A program made the translations under genes and the position numbers. Of a DNA stretch of 64,000 nt, positions 53,470 to 64,000 are shown one piece after another. The stretch covers positions 859,370 to 923,369 of the forward strand of contig MU008175.1 of NCBI GenBank assembly GCA_010909165.1, in the 5' to 3' direction. Every line of letters begins with the position of its first letter. Within the stretch, counting starts at the first letter, position 1. The notes beneath the pieces were generated by a model. It was not told the origin of the DNA and did not search any database. It was given only the letters and a program-made list of their open reading frames with translations. This DNA comes from Anthoceros angustus. Taxonomy: Eukaryota; Plantae; Anthocerotophyta.

Positions 53470-55410
53470 GAGGCGGAAGGAGATGATCAACATACCATAT
53501 AGCGAGGCGGTGGGATTACATGCTTATCTATATGGACTCGACGGACGTGGCTCAGTCAACATTGCTTCACGATATCATCAAACCACAGGTGGCACTGGAC
53601 ACATGTTAAGCGCATTTTGAGATATCGAAAGGCACCAAGACGCTCGGACTTTACTACAAAGGTGACCCTAAACACAAACTTACACTCACTTCTTTCTCGG
53701 ATGCGGGCGGGGACCCCGCCGTCGATCCACAGTGCTTCTTGATGATGAATGGAGGATGCATTTCATGGGCGTAAGAAGATGCCCACACTATGCCTCTCTT
53801 CAATCGAGGCGTAATACGCCGCAACCTCACCGGCAGCGAAAGAAACTCGTGGATCGATTCACGAAAGACATTGGAGGGCGATGTACCACAATTCTTGATG
53901 TGACAATCAAAGAATAGCTATGACTTTGAACCCGTTTGCACGCGGACTAAGCACGTAGAAATTCAGCACCACTTTATTAGGCAAGTAGTCGCTAGTAAGC
54001 AAGTAGCAATGCGATGTAAACACAACGATAACACGCGGATCTCATGACCAAGGGATTGTCGAAGCATCTGCATGAAAGGAACGTCCAGGGTATTGGACTT
54101 ATAAGCAAGGAGACTTATCTAGGGTTCTGCAGTCCACCGCCCGGCGGCAAGCTCGGCATCGGCAGCGAGGAAGAGGAGTCTTGCTGACGGTTGAACATCC
54201 ATCTTCACCAACAGTTTATATCAGTCTGGCAGAGGTGTTGATGCGGCGATCATGAACTCTTCCATCGACGTCTTCCCAAGTGCATGCGATGCTCCAGTCC
54301 TTTTGGCCGGGACTTCTTCGAATCACTCTGCGCCTAGGAACTTGATTCGTTCGAGACTTGCGATCTTGTCGCTCACGGTGAGATCGGTGACTCATGAATC
54401 AAGGAACCACCGGATGCTTGATAAGATGCTCGGCGAGGAGGCTGGAGAGCAGCGTGCGATGTGACCATCCGAGCTTCACTTAGAACCAAGTCACCGACGA
54501 GGGGAGTGTTGATGCACAAGTGATTTAGGTGTTCGCCCGGACTAAGTTCTAGGGCACGTTTCATTAGGGTTATTTACTTGTCGTGATTAAGCGGTTTAAG
54601 CGTTGGCTTACGATTTATTCATTAATGTGATTACAACTTACTATTGTAAGCCTACTTAAGGCGTGTCATGTACACAAGTAAATTACTTCTTCTTCATTAT
54701 TCTCTCTACTTTTAGAAATTGTGGATCACGGGAGGGAGGTGTCCATGAGACGGCTGAGAGCAGCCCATCAGAGAAGTACTGAAGAGGCAGAAAGTCCGGA
54801 GCCCGAGATTCCAGAAAGTGAACTTTGCCCATCAGATGAGGAAGATGGCCCCATTCCAGACGTGCTAGGCCATTCGGATAAAGAAGTGTCTGGGGGATAG
54901 GATGAAGAACGGGATGCTATCGATCTGTCCAGCTTGGCAATGCATGGGCCATCCATGGTTATCCCAATCATCACGTACAATCCTGATGAGGTTCCTGGGT
55001 GCCGGCCGACCAGCGCCCAGGGTGTGCTTAAGGGTGGAGTAGGTCTGGACTTGCCTACTTCGGATCCAAACTAGTCTATCCAATTTCAACAGGGGGATGG
55101 TGGTCTGGGGCGCCGGCCGGCCAGCCTTGATTAGAGCTTCACGGCCCGGTTAGCGCTTACCGGCGCCCGGTTAAACTTCATCGGCGGAACCCTTCCACGT
55201 GAGCATGGTGCAAGTGGCGGCGGTGGTGGAGTTACGGGAAGGAGTGCAAATGACCATGGCACGGAAGTACAATCTTTACAAAGTGCTGGGATTGATTCGA
55301 GAAGACGACGTCTACAAGCAGAAGAAAGTGGACAATCGAACACACATTTTGTGCATTGCCAAGCAGGAGGGAAAGGTTTGGGACAATGTAGACATGATTT
55401 TTTCCAAGTG
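53470..55410. repeat. ~1.9-kb tandem duplication of ~51580-53470, creating a third LTR (54507-54716) and duplicating the flank
   Basis: RNase H, 3' LTR, TSD and host flank are repeated; the junction is at a GGAG-rich microhomology near 53470. Confidence 0.88.
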
Positions 55411-55815
55411 GGAGGCAGGAGAACTACTAGAACAGAAGAAACATTTACTAGTGGGGATAAGCAAGAAAGGGAAAGGAAAAGGGAAGCGAAAGGTGGTTGA
55501 GGAGCCGAAGCAAGTGGACACTGTTTACGTGAAGTCGAAAGATATGTTGGCAAAGGCATGGAAATCCTTTCAAGGGATACCAGCTGGAGAGTGTGGGCAA
55601 CAAATTCTCGTGACAGCTACTGAAAAGGTGTTGACATTACTTATTGATCTGAAGGGCATGGATGAGGAGACCACGTTGCGGATTCCATGTCATACAAGTG
55701 GCAATGGTCAAACACTTGGGGTGCTCTTCTTTTGAAGAGGTTCGGGAAGAATACCCTTTGCAGTCGACAGACCATATGCTTGCCCGCTTTCAAACTGCTT
55801 TTGCTGGAAAGGTGA
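54722..55815 (+). pseudogene. Decayed upstream exons of the gene carried by the large TIR element (continues from 46104-46164 across the Copia insertion)
   Basis: PPLVGRVLIRAIYGKIIETI|VDHGREVSMRR reads through the AATTG TSD. EEYPLQSTDHMLARFQTAFAGK matches EEYPLHSTDQMLARFQTAFASK inside copy B. Confidence 0.65.
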
Positions 55816-57047
55816 GTTCCCTGCCCATATGTGTAACAGTGTTTCTTAGCATAGGGGTTTGTCTCCGAACCCCATTTTGGCCCCAACCATCCAGAAATGC
55901 ACATGTCTCATTTCACTATTTTCAGTGATTTGCGAACCCACAGCCCATGCATCCGAGCCCAAGGAAGACCTAATGTGCCCACCGTCCGCACAAATGACGG
56001 ACACACTTTGTACCAAGTGGCCGGATGATCATGACTTATGCTCCAAAGAGCCGGAGTGCACCGAACGTCGAGACTTATACTCCAAAGAGGTGCAATACAC
56101 CGGTTTGGAGAGGGTTGCGTCAATACTTGTGTAGGCAAGCACTGCCTCGTTGCTTGTGCACACTTGCCACCGCACCAACACTCACATCAATTCTCTTTTC
56201 AAACCCGTGATTCGTGAGCAATCCTGCAGGGCAGTATACCGTCGACCGCCCCTCCGTGTCGGAGATAAGCCGCACTTAGATCCGCAGATTGGGCCTCAGC
56301 AGAATTGGACAAGGTAAAGGATGGTGAGGCCTCCTCAACCGCTCTTGATCAAACTCTTCGTAGCTTACATTTCTTCTTGTCAAGTCCGTCCGCTTTCAAC
56401 CTTAATCTATCCATGGGTGGCACATGGAGCAAGTCGATCTTAAATTCAAAATCTCCGCGAAGCTTGGCTATAGTTCTGCCTCTCGAACACCTAGTCACAC
56501 AAAGTGGGCGCTAAAGGTACAGTCCTCCTTGAGCCTCACGAAATACTCACCATTTGGTCAAAACCCCACTGGCGACTTTCTTCGAGATACTCTGGCTCTC
56601 ACTAGGGCTCGCAGTGTGCAGATGCTCTCTTATGCTTGTGTTCGACCGCATCCGATGCTTTCATTACTCAAGGAAAAATCATCTATTCTATTTATTTTCT
56701 TGCTTCTCGCAAAACATTGTGAAACATTGTCGCCTTCAAAAGGTTGGCCATTAGAAACCACCATCATACATGTCGAATTTTGGAAAATGTAGCTCATCTA
56801 GAAACCAAGGCCTATGCATCTATCGTGCATCAAACTCGAATGAGCGGACATTTGGCGCACCAATCAAAGAGATCCATGCAAGTCATCGAAGGGGCACATA
56901 GAGTAAGGCCAAAAGGTTTACATGTTGTATACAAAGCGAATGTGGAATATAACATCAACCAACAAATGATTTTCAAAAATAATATTCATGACTTTACGCC
57001 TAGATACCGGGATGATTTACAAATTTTTCAAACCACTAAAAATCAAC

Positions 57048-57248
57048 ACTCCATCCTAGTATTGATACGCCTCTAGGTTGCTTAACAGTGGAGTTGTTAC
57101 ACAGTTTTCAAAGCGCCAAAACAAGCAAGCCATCCTAGTTCTAATTTGACCCAAGAGTGCATAACCGGGAAGTTCTCAAAGCAACAAAGTCAAGCACCCC
57201 ATCCTGGTACTAATCCAACCCGGGGGTGCTTAACTTTGGAGTTCTTAC
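57048..57248 (-). repeat. Three tandem degenerate 5S rRNA-derived segments (internal control region)
   Basis: CCATCCTAGTA...GCTTAACAGTGGAGTT, CCATCCTAGTTCTAA...CCCAAG...GAAGTTCT and CCCATCCTGGTACTA...GCTTAACTTTGGAGTTCT are reverse-complement matches to plant 5S AGAACTCCGCAGTTAAGC...TAGTACTAGGATGGG. Confidence 0.75.
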
Positions 57249-58085
57249 ATCATTGAGTCTATGTGCACCTATCCGCGGATGTTTCTAAAGACAAACAATA
57301 AATATAGATTACGGACGTCCGCGATCCACTCCACCATTTCCATCTCACCGGACGCCCACAAGATTGGGGTCTCAGAAATGCGCCGGACGTGCAGTTTTTA
57401 GCAGACTCGCGCCAATGTGCGAGCGTCCGGCGAGCTTTGAGACTCGCGCCAATGTGCCGAACGTCCGCATTGTTCCAATTCCTTCTATGTTTTCACTCTA
57501 ACAATGGAGATCCTGTGGTTGTGTACTAAAGTGCAGTACGCCCGCTACTTTTAGAGTCGTAGTTTGGTCCTCTCGAGATGGCCATGATCAGGCTATCGGT
57601 TAATGTTCTCTCACAATTGCGCCGGACGTCCGGCGCAGTTGCTTCTTTTCGCTGAATTGCTACTTTTGCGTGTTGGTTCATCGCAGTTTTGGCTTGTCGG
57701 ACTAATTTTGTTTGGTTTGCCTCACTGCTCACCCCGCTAGGAAGTACTATCGTCAAAAGAGGTGTTTAGGATTCCTAGCACCTATTAAAATCCTTGAAAT
57801 CCCTTCCTTGTGAAGGTGAAATCCATGAACCTTCTTGGCTTCAACCTCATAGCGTAAGTATTCACGAGAAAATAACATGGTCAATGTCTTTCAAGACATG
57901 TCTAAAGAGTGGTTTTGCTAAAGATGATGCATTTTTGGCCTGCTGGGGTCATTTTTGGTCTTTAGGGACCCAAACCCCTTTAATGGAGAATAACTCCTAT
58001 GCTGAGAGACGCTGTTGTGTTAGCAAGATTGGGGAGGGCGCTAGCCGGCCGGCACTCTTCTTTGTTCCTTTGCGACATGGACTAA

Positions 58086-61000
58086 CAAACGTGTGATTGG
58101 CAGCAACTGAAGGATATTGAAGTCCTATCAAAACTTCCAGATGTCTTCCGACATTTCATTTTTGAGGTTAATAATTGGAAAGGATTGGAGGACGAGCAGC
58201 GTGCTTTGGCAGACAAGGACCTCGAGGAAGGATTGGAGGTGTTCAGTATTCCATCCTCAGAAAAACAGGTACAATACCAAGTAGAGAACAAAGATATTTT
58301 AGACATGCGAGGGTTTCTCAGAGGACGCAAGTACACACTTCTGGTGATGGGCGTTCCAAGGGGGTTTCAAATTAGGCGAATGGACAAACGAGTGGACAAG
58401 CAGATGATGGATACTATTTTGCAGAGCTTTGTTCAAAAAACCACTTGCAATGGGCAGAGGATGATTGTGATGCATGGTGTGGAGGAGGCATACACTGTCA
58501 GGGAGTCCATGCAGAAGTGGAGGAGGAAAGAGGGCTTGGTCTCATTTGTGTGGGACAAGACGAACATGAACAATGTCAGGGGTGGATTTGAAACCGTTGA
58601 GTATGTCACAGTGGGTTAGGGAGTGAAAGATGCGTGCACAGGGGATAGGATTGCAATGATGCCAAATGCCATGCACGGTATTTTCAACAATGGGAGGTTT
58701 GTAATCAACATGATAATTTTTGAAGGGGGGGAATATAGTAACCCTCTAGAGTCGAGACAGCACCCCCTTGTCACGATGTGCACCCTTCCTGCAACAACAT
58801 ATCTGACCTACTTTGATAATGCGCACACCCTTTCTGAGGTCATACCTTTAATAAAAGACGCACTTTCAAGTCTACACCCGAGAACTGGAGCACAGTAGGG
58901 AGTGGGCCCGTTTGCGTTTTTGTAGAATGCATAGAGGGCTGCCATTTTCATATGTTTATTACAACCGAAAACTTTTACTTTCAAGTGGCGGAACACAATG
59001 AAAACAATCTTGTACTAGCGGGAGTCTCATTTCAGTGGTCGTGAGAACATTGCAACAAACAACTACTAAAGGAGGAAGTGGTCATCGATCGACAATAGTC
59101 ATTCAAGAGTGCGGCTGGCGACTCATCCATGCCTTGTGGCTAAAGTACTACACATATTCGAGGCGGTCCATATCCTCCGCCTCAAAGTTGTCGTTCTCCT
59201 CCATTGCTTGCTCGTCTTCAATAGTACCATTCTTGGGCCCAGCGTCCGACGGTGTCGACTGCCACACAACATCTAGCGTCTGCTGACCCTCATCCAAAAG
59301 GTTGTCAGTCGTAGTCTTCAACCTTCTAGCACTCAATGCAACCACTTGGGCTTTAAGGCAATGCCAGCGTCCTTAAAATGAACAAAGTTAGTTGCCCATG
59401 CGCCCATGCAAGCATCCTTAAAATTAACAAAGTTGAGTTATTAAGAAGATATGGGTTTCGAACACAAAACTTATTCATTAGGACAACCGGCCATGCAAGC
59501 ATCCTTAAAATTAACAAAGTTGAGTTATTAAGAAGATATGGGTATTCGAAAATTAACAAAGTTGAGTTATTAAGAAGATATGGGTTTCGAATACAGAACT
59601 TATTCATTAGGACAACTTTTTCCTAAGCACTTGACAACGGTACCAAGTTGTTAAACTCTTGAGCTGCCAAATATTCATTTTCTTAAAGACAGCCTATGAG
59701 GAGGGCGCCAGCCATGGGTAGGGCAGGGTGTGCTAGGGAGGCGCGGCCATGGGCGAGGCATGGCGTGTTGGTGGTGGGGAAGGGAGGGCTCGGCCGGCGA
59801 AGGAGGCGTGTTGGGGGAGGCGGCCGGCCCATGGGCAGTGTGCTAGGAGGCGCCTTGCGCCCATGGGCGTGTGCTAGGGAGGCGGCCGGCCGGCCCATGG
59901 GCGGTGTGCTAGGGAGGCGGCGGCCGGCGCCCATGGGCGAGGTGTGCTAGGGAGGCGCCGGCCATGGGCGGCGCAGGCGTGTTGAGGGGAGGCGGCCGGC
60001 CGCCGCCATGTGTTAGGGGAGGCGGCGGTGCCATGAGCAGGCATGCTAGGGAGGCGGCCGGCCGGCGCCCTCTCCTATCTCCACCCGCATACACCAACGG
60101 GCGGTGCTAAGGGAGGGCACCGGTCGGCCGGCACCCTCCCTTAGCACCATCCTACGGTGCATGCGGGTGAAGCTAGGGGGGGGCGACAAGAAGGGAACGG
60201 CAGGTATCCTATCACCGATGGAAGGTGTGTCCCATTTGCAGGAAGGGTTAAAAGATTTGCGTCCATAGGTGACTATTGAAGAGTACAAGTGGTGGAAAGC
60301 CTTTTGGGTGGACCGGAAGGAGATTGCTATCATTGTGGAGAATAACATTGGGCTAGTGCTACAGCGTCGTTGGAAGTGGTTTTCACGTGCAAAAGTGGAT
60401 CATACAGCCTGACCACTTCAAGTGCCTGATGAAGCTTTGCTAGATGAGGCATTATTGAGGGACCTCCCACAGCGTGATATGTCCTTTGGGGCATATCAAA
60501 ATCTTGGGAAACCGAGAATGGCGCGGATGAATAGGGACATAATGGAAATCTTGAAGTGGATGTTTACAGCGGTCGTGCACTATGGACACATGAGGCCATT
60601 ACGGATTGGGAGAGTCATTGTGTGAAGCTAGATGCACCGACCTCACTTTCTTATCCGTGTCGGACCGAGCACACAGATGCGTATGAAGGGAGATATGTGT
60701 AGGAATACATAGTCCGTTAGAGTGCCAACCCATCTGGTCTGATACCGAGGGAAAAAGGGAATAAGGTCCATTACCCAAAAAACATACAGGAGGTGTTTGT
60801 GAATGAAACAACCATCCTGTATTATGGGTTTGTGTTGAATGCACGGAAACATGTGTATGCGGTGGACAAAAAAGCGATAAGGGATAAGCTCTGCGAGTTG
60901 TGCGGCTTCATACAGCCTGCGAGTCAAAGTGCCACTGAAGATAATGATGACAATGCTGAAGAAGCTGGACCAAGTGATGACGAAGGATTGAACTCTAGTG

Positions 61001-62030
61001 ATGAGTGAAACTGAAATCACGGTTTGTCCCGGGGTCTCAGAGTGAATATTGTACGTCTGGTTCTAGATGTTACTATGTTTTGGAAATACCCTGTCCGTGG
61101 CTTTTGTTGCGTCCTCACTAAACCACATTTTCTTCCCAAAACTGAATTTACAGTCGTCCCTTCCCGACAAACGGCCTTTCTTACCGTTCCTACTTTGCAT
61201 TAATCCCATAGGTTCGAGTTTGCAACCACTATTCGACATAAACATTGCTGGATGGAAAGTACGAACTTTAGTGCGTGACACCCTTTTTGTCGGAGATGTT
61301 TTCCGGAATGCCTTAAAAACGTTGTTGTAGGGCCTATCAAAAACCCTCTTTAGAGATTATTTACGGAAAACCCCCTTCGAGATTATTCACCCCCTTCAAA
61401 AATTATGATGTTAATCGCTCATGACACTGTTGTGAAGAAACAGGTTTACATGTTACATGATAAGTTGGTAGTATGCTCATACCAGAGGCCTCTGAGGCTA
61501 ATAATGATAAAACTTATCAAAACCTTCTCCAAAGAGGGAGATTGGGTTTTGGATGCTTGCTCTGGAAGTGGGACAACTTTATTGGCAGCCCTACTGTGCG
61601 AACGAAATTGTATTGCTATTAAGGCTGACTTGAGGTGTGCAAGATATATTCCACAATGAATCCATGGGTATGAGGTTCTGCCAGATGCTGACGAAGATCT
61701 TCAAGGCCCACCGCAGAGGACTTGCGCAATTCTGGGCAAAGGAGGTGTGTATCAGCGAGAAGGACTCTTTGAAAGCGCATGTGGTTTCTTTGAGTGCTCG
61801 TCGGATGAAGACCAAAACTGGAGTCCTCTTGGCAGAGGGCCAGCAAACCCTTGATAATGTTTGGCAGCCTTCCTCGACTCCTGATGACGACGACACTGCA
61901 CTAAACGAAGACTCAAGGGCTTTGGGTGAGAACGACAGCTTCGATAAATGGAAACTGGAGCGGATTCAAAATTTGGCCATCTTGATGGATTCAGAGTCCG
62001 TCCAAGCATCTGATGAGTCACAAGTTAGCT
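58086..62030 (+). pseudogene. Beta-class N4-cytosine/N6-adenine DNA methyltransferase pseudogene, split by TIR copy C (58086-58706 + 61417-~62030)
   Basis: Order NKDIL...YTLLVMGVPRG (degenerate motif IV) ... FVWDK ... YQRPLRL..KLIKTFSKEGDWVLDACSGSGTTLLAALLCERNCIAIKAD (motifs X-I-II). Removing copy C plus one AATC restores the frame (GRFVI|AHDTVV). Stops at 58617 and 61657. Confidence 0.82.
58707..61412. mobile_element. Non-autonomous TIR DNA transposon, copy C (4-bp TSD AATC)
   Basis: AATC|AACATGATAATTTTTGAAGGGGGG ... CCCCCTTCAAAAATTATGATGTT|AATC; colinear with copy A. Confidence 0.93.
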
Positions 62031-62319
62031 TGAAGAGTAGGTTTTTCTTTCTGTGGGCACCTAGATTTGCTTCTTCTCGGTGTTCGCTATAAATTATGGG
62101 CCAATTGCAGTGGGCCCATGGATTTTTTCATTTTTCCGCCTTCCTCATAACACAAGTGAAGGCGCCGGCCAGTCGGCACCTTTACTTGGTTTTGTTGTCG
62201 CCATGTGTTCGAAACAAGTGTTCACGTTACCCACTTCCTGCCAAATGGTCGTGCTTTCTTGCAAAATAACTAAAATGCATATTTTGGGACTGTGTGGGAT
62301 GTGACAAGGGGATTCAAAA

Positions 62320-62368
62320 ACCAAAAAAGGGGGTTCGAATATTCACCCCCTTCGAAAAATATCATGTT
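62320..62368 (-). mobile_element. Terminal inverted repeat of a larger, diverged member of the same family (the methyltransferase-bearing element)
   Basis: Reverse complement AACATGATATTTTTCGAAGGGGGTGAATATTCGAACCCCC resembles the left ends of A, B and C; partner end not found in the window. Confidence 0.8.
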
Positions 62369-62710
62369 CTATGAACCATTTCCCGCCCTGAGCCAAAGCA
62401 ACGCTACCCTGCTGCACTCTGGTGTGGCAAAGCACTCTCCCCTCCACATACAATGCAGCCACATGAACATGCAGACCTTAGGTATACCTTTGATTGGACA
62501 CCACGGAGTTGGTTGAGAGCATCCTTCACAAACGCCATCTCGACGTGATACCTGCAGCAACATACGTTCCGCTCCTGCAGGGATTTGATGTAGAAAGTTT
62601 CAGCCTCTCAAACGCGCGCTGCCCTATTTTGATTTTAGGATGCTCGTTCCGAAATTGGAGAAAAAACTCCGTCTGCAACAGCAACAACAAGCGACCATCA
62701 GTCTGAGAGA
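62369..62710 (-). pseudogene. Fragment of a Cys-rich transposase N-terminal region (Sola2-like), cut by the TIR at 62368
   Basis: QTEFFLQFRNEHPKIKIGQRAFERLK-[frameshift]-FYIKSLQERNVCCCRYHVEMAFVKDALN...CSCGCIVCG. Family assigned from remembered motif only. Confidence 0.5.
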
Positions 62711-64000
62711 GTAGGTGAAAGTAGTGCATGCACATGGCGGTGGTCAACCACTTGAACTGTAACATGGTATGGGGGAAGTGGTCTAGGCCACTACAAAATC
62801 GGCCAATCCACCTCATAGAATGACAAAGCCATCAATCAAAGTTTAATATGACATAGAGCCAGGGATAGCAAGGGCACCGAATATGGAGAGGCACCAGGTA
62901 GTGCGAGCCCCTGTTGATGCCTACATGAAGTGTGCATATATATTGTCTAAAGAAGTCTAGAATTTGTTAAACTCTACGTCTATCAAGAGGGTTTGAGTGT
63001 TGTGTGAGATGTGCGACGTCTTGAAAAGTGCGAGACCTTTTGTATTCATTCTATATTGAACTCTCATATATGTCTTGAGAATGGTGGTGCTTGCTTGAAG
63101 CTCTGCTAAAGATCATTGTGCTCCAGTATTGGTGGAGATAGGTTTCCCTAAAGATTAAAAACAACAAAGGCAATTTCATGCGCCTTATAGTTCTGCGTAA
63201 ACTAACTTGGACGAAGCCACCGACCTCCTGTCTAGCCACTAAATCTCTACAAAAGGAATACGGCTCTAAGATATGCAGGGCATGAACAAACAAAACTAGC
63301 GACAATTGTATTCACGGTCCTATGGAGAGAGCATAATATTGTGTTTTTCTATTTTTGCAAGAAGTTCCTCCATCACCATGGGTAATCTCGCCCACTAGCG
63401 TAAGAAATCTTCTCTACTTAATCTAGTCTTGTTACACGGAACCTTGTAGTAATGTTTCGTAGTTGCCAATGAGCCTATATAATGTTTGTTTTGCGGGCCA
63501 ATGGAATAGTAGAAAAGTAGCTAGCACTAGAGTGACGGCCATGGAAAGTGAGGGATAATACGTGCAGGCATAACTACGGCACATAGAGAATTTGTTTTAA
63601 TATGCTTAGCTTCAGGTTTTTAATCCACAGAGTTCAACAAATAATCGGCATAAGTTACGACATTAAGTTGGCCTCGTAAGGTGTGTATGTAATGTATGGA
63701 GATCTAATACAACTCGTTATGGATACCCACGGGTACAACCAGAGCCACATATTTTAGATATTTATTGGGAGTCTATTGGCAATGGATGTCAATGGCTCTC
63801 CAAAGAGCTCTGGTATGTGCTATCTTCCTAATGACATCGAGTGCGTGGGATACTTTTTCAACAAACTCTAGCAATAAGAAGAAGCACTGAAGACTTCATA
63901 GAAAAGAAGAGATGGGAAAATCCATCTACCATGAGCCGATGGGGACAACCCATTAAAGGGCCAAGGGCCAAGGGGGGGCTAGCCCCCCTGAATGTCTAAC

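Noticed and set aside
57048-57248. Functional 5S rRNA genes
   Set aside because: Only ~50-nt internal fragments, heavily diverged, lacking the 5S termini.
58086-61700. Bacterial contamination as the source of the methyltransferase
   Set aside because: It is decayed, interrupted by a plant TE with a TSD, and shares flanking sequence with three other TE copies in the window.
63950-64000. GGGGGGCTAGCCCCCC palindrome, possibly a TE terminus
   Set aside because: At the window edge; partner end and TSD cannot be evaluated.

Overview
Eukaryotic (land-plant) genomic DNA. Short GT-AG introns (~60-130 bp), tight gene packing and a Ure2p-type GST suggest a non-seed plant such as Selaginella (inference). 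1-11 kb is a dense block of five apparently intact genes: TTL-type TPR-thioredoxin, DnaJ, ASCH-domain, LRAT/NC-domain and SABATH methyltransferase. SPB1/FTSJ3 rRNA methyltransferase lies at 26.8-30.4 kb. The rest is nested transposons and pseudogenes: pogo elements, two Copia elements, CCCTA-ended CACTA elements, and ubiquitin, GST and tRNA-Pro pseudogenes. The main finding is a TIR DNA-transposon family with ends AACATSATAATTTTTGAAGGGG and 4-bp TSDs. It has three complete non-autonomous copies plus one end of a larger relative. That relative carries a decayed bacterial-type beta-class N4-C/N6-A DNA methyltransferase gene, which becomes readable only after a nested family member is removed. 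Parts of the repeat region have many small indels and near-identical tandem duplications, so some frameshifts and duplications may be assembly errors.
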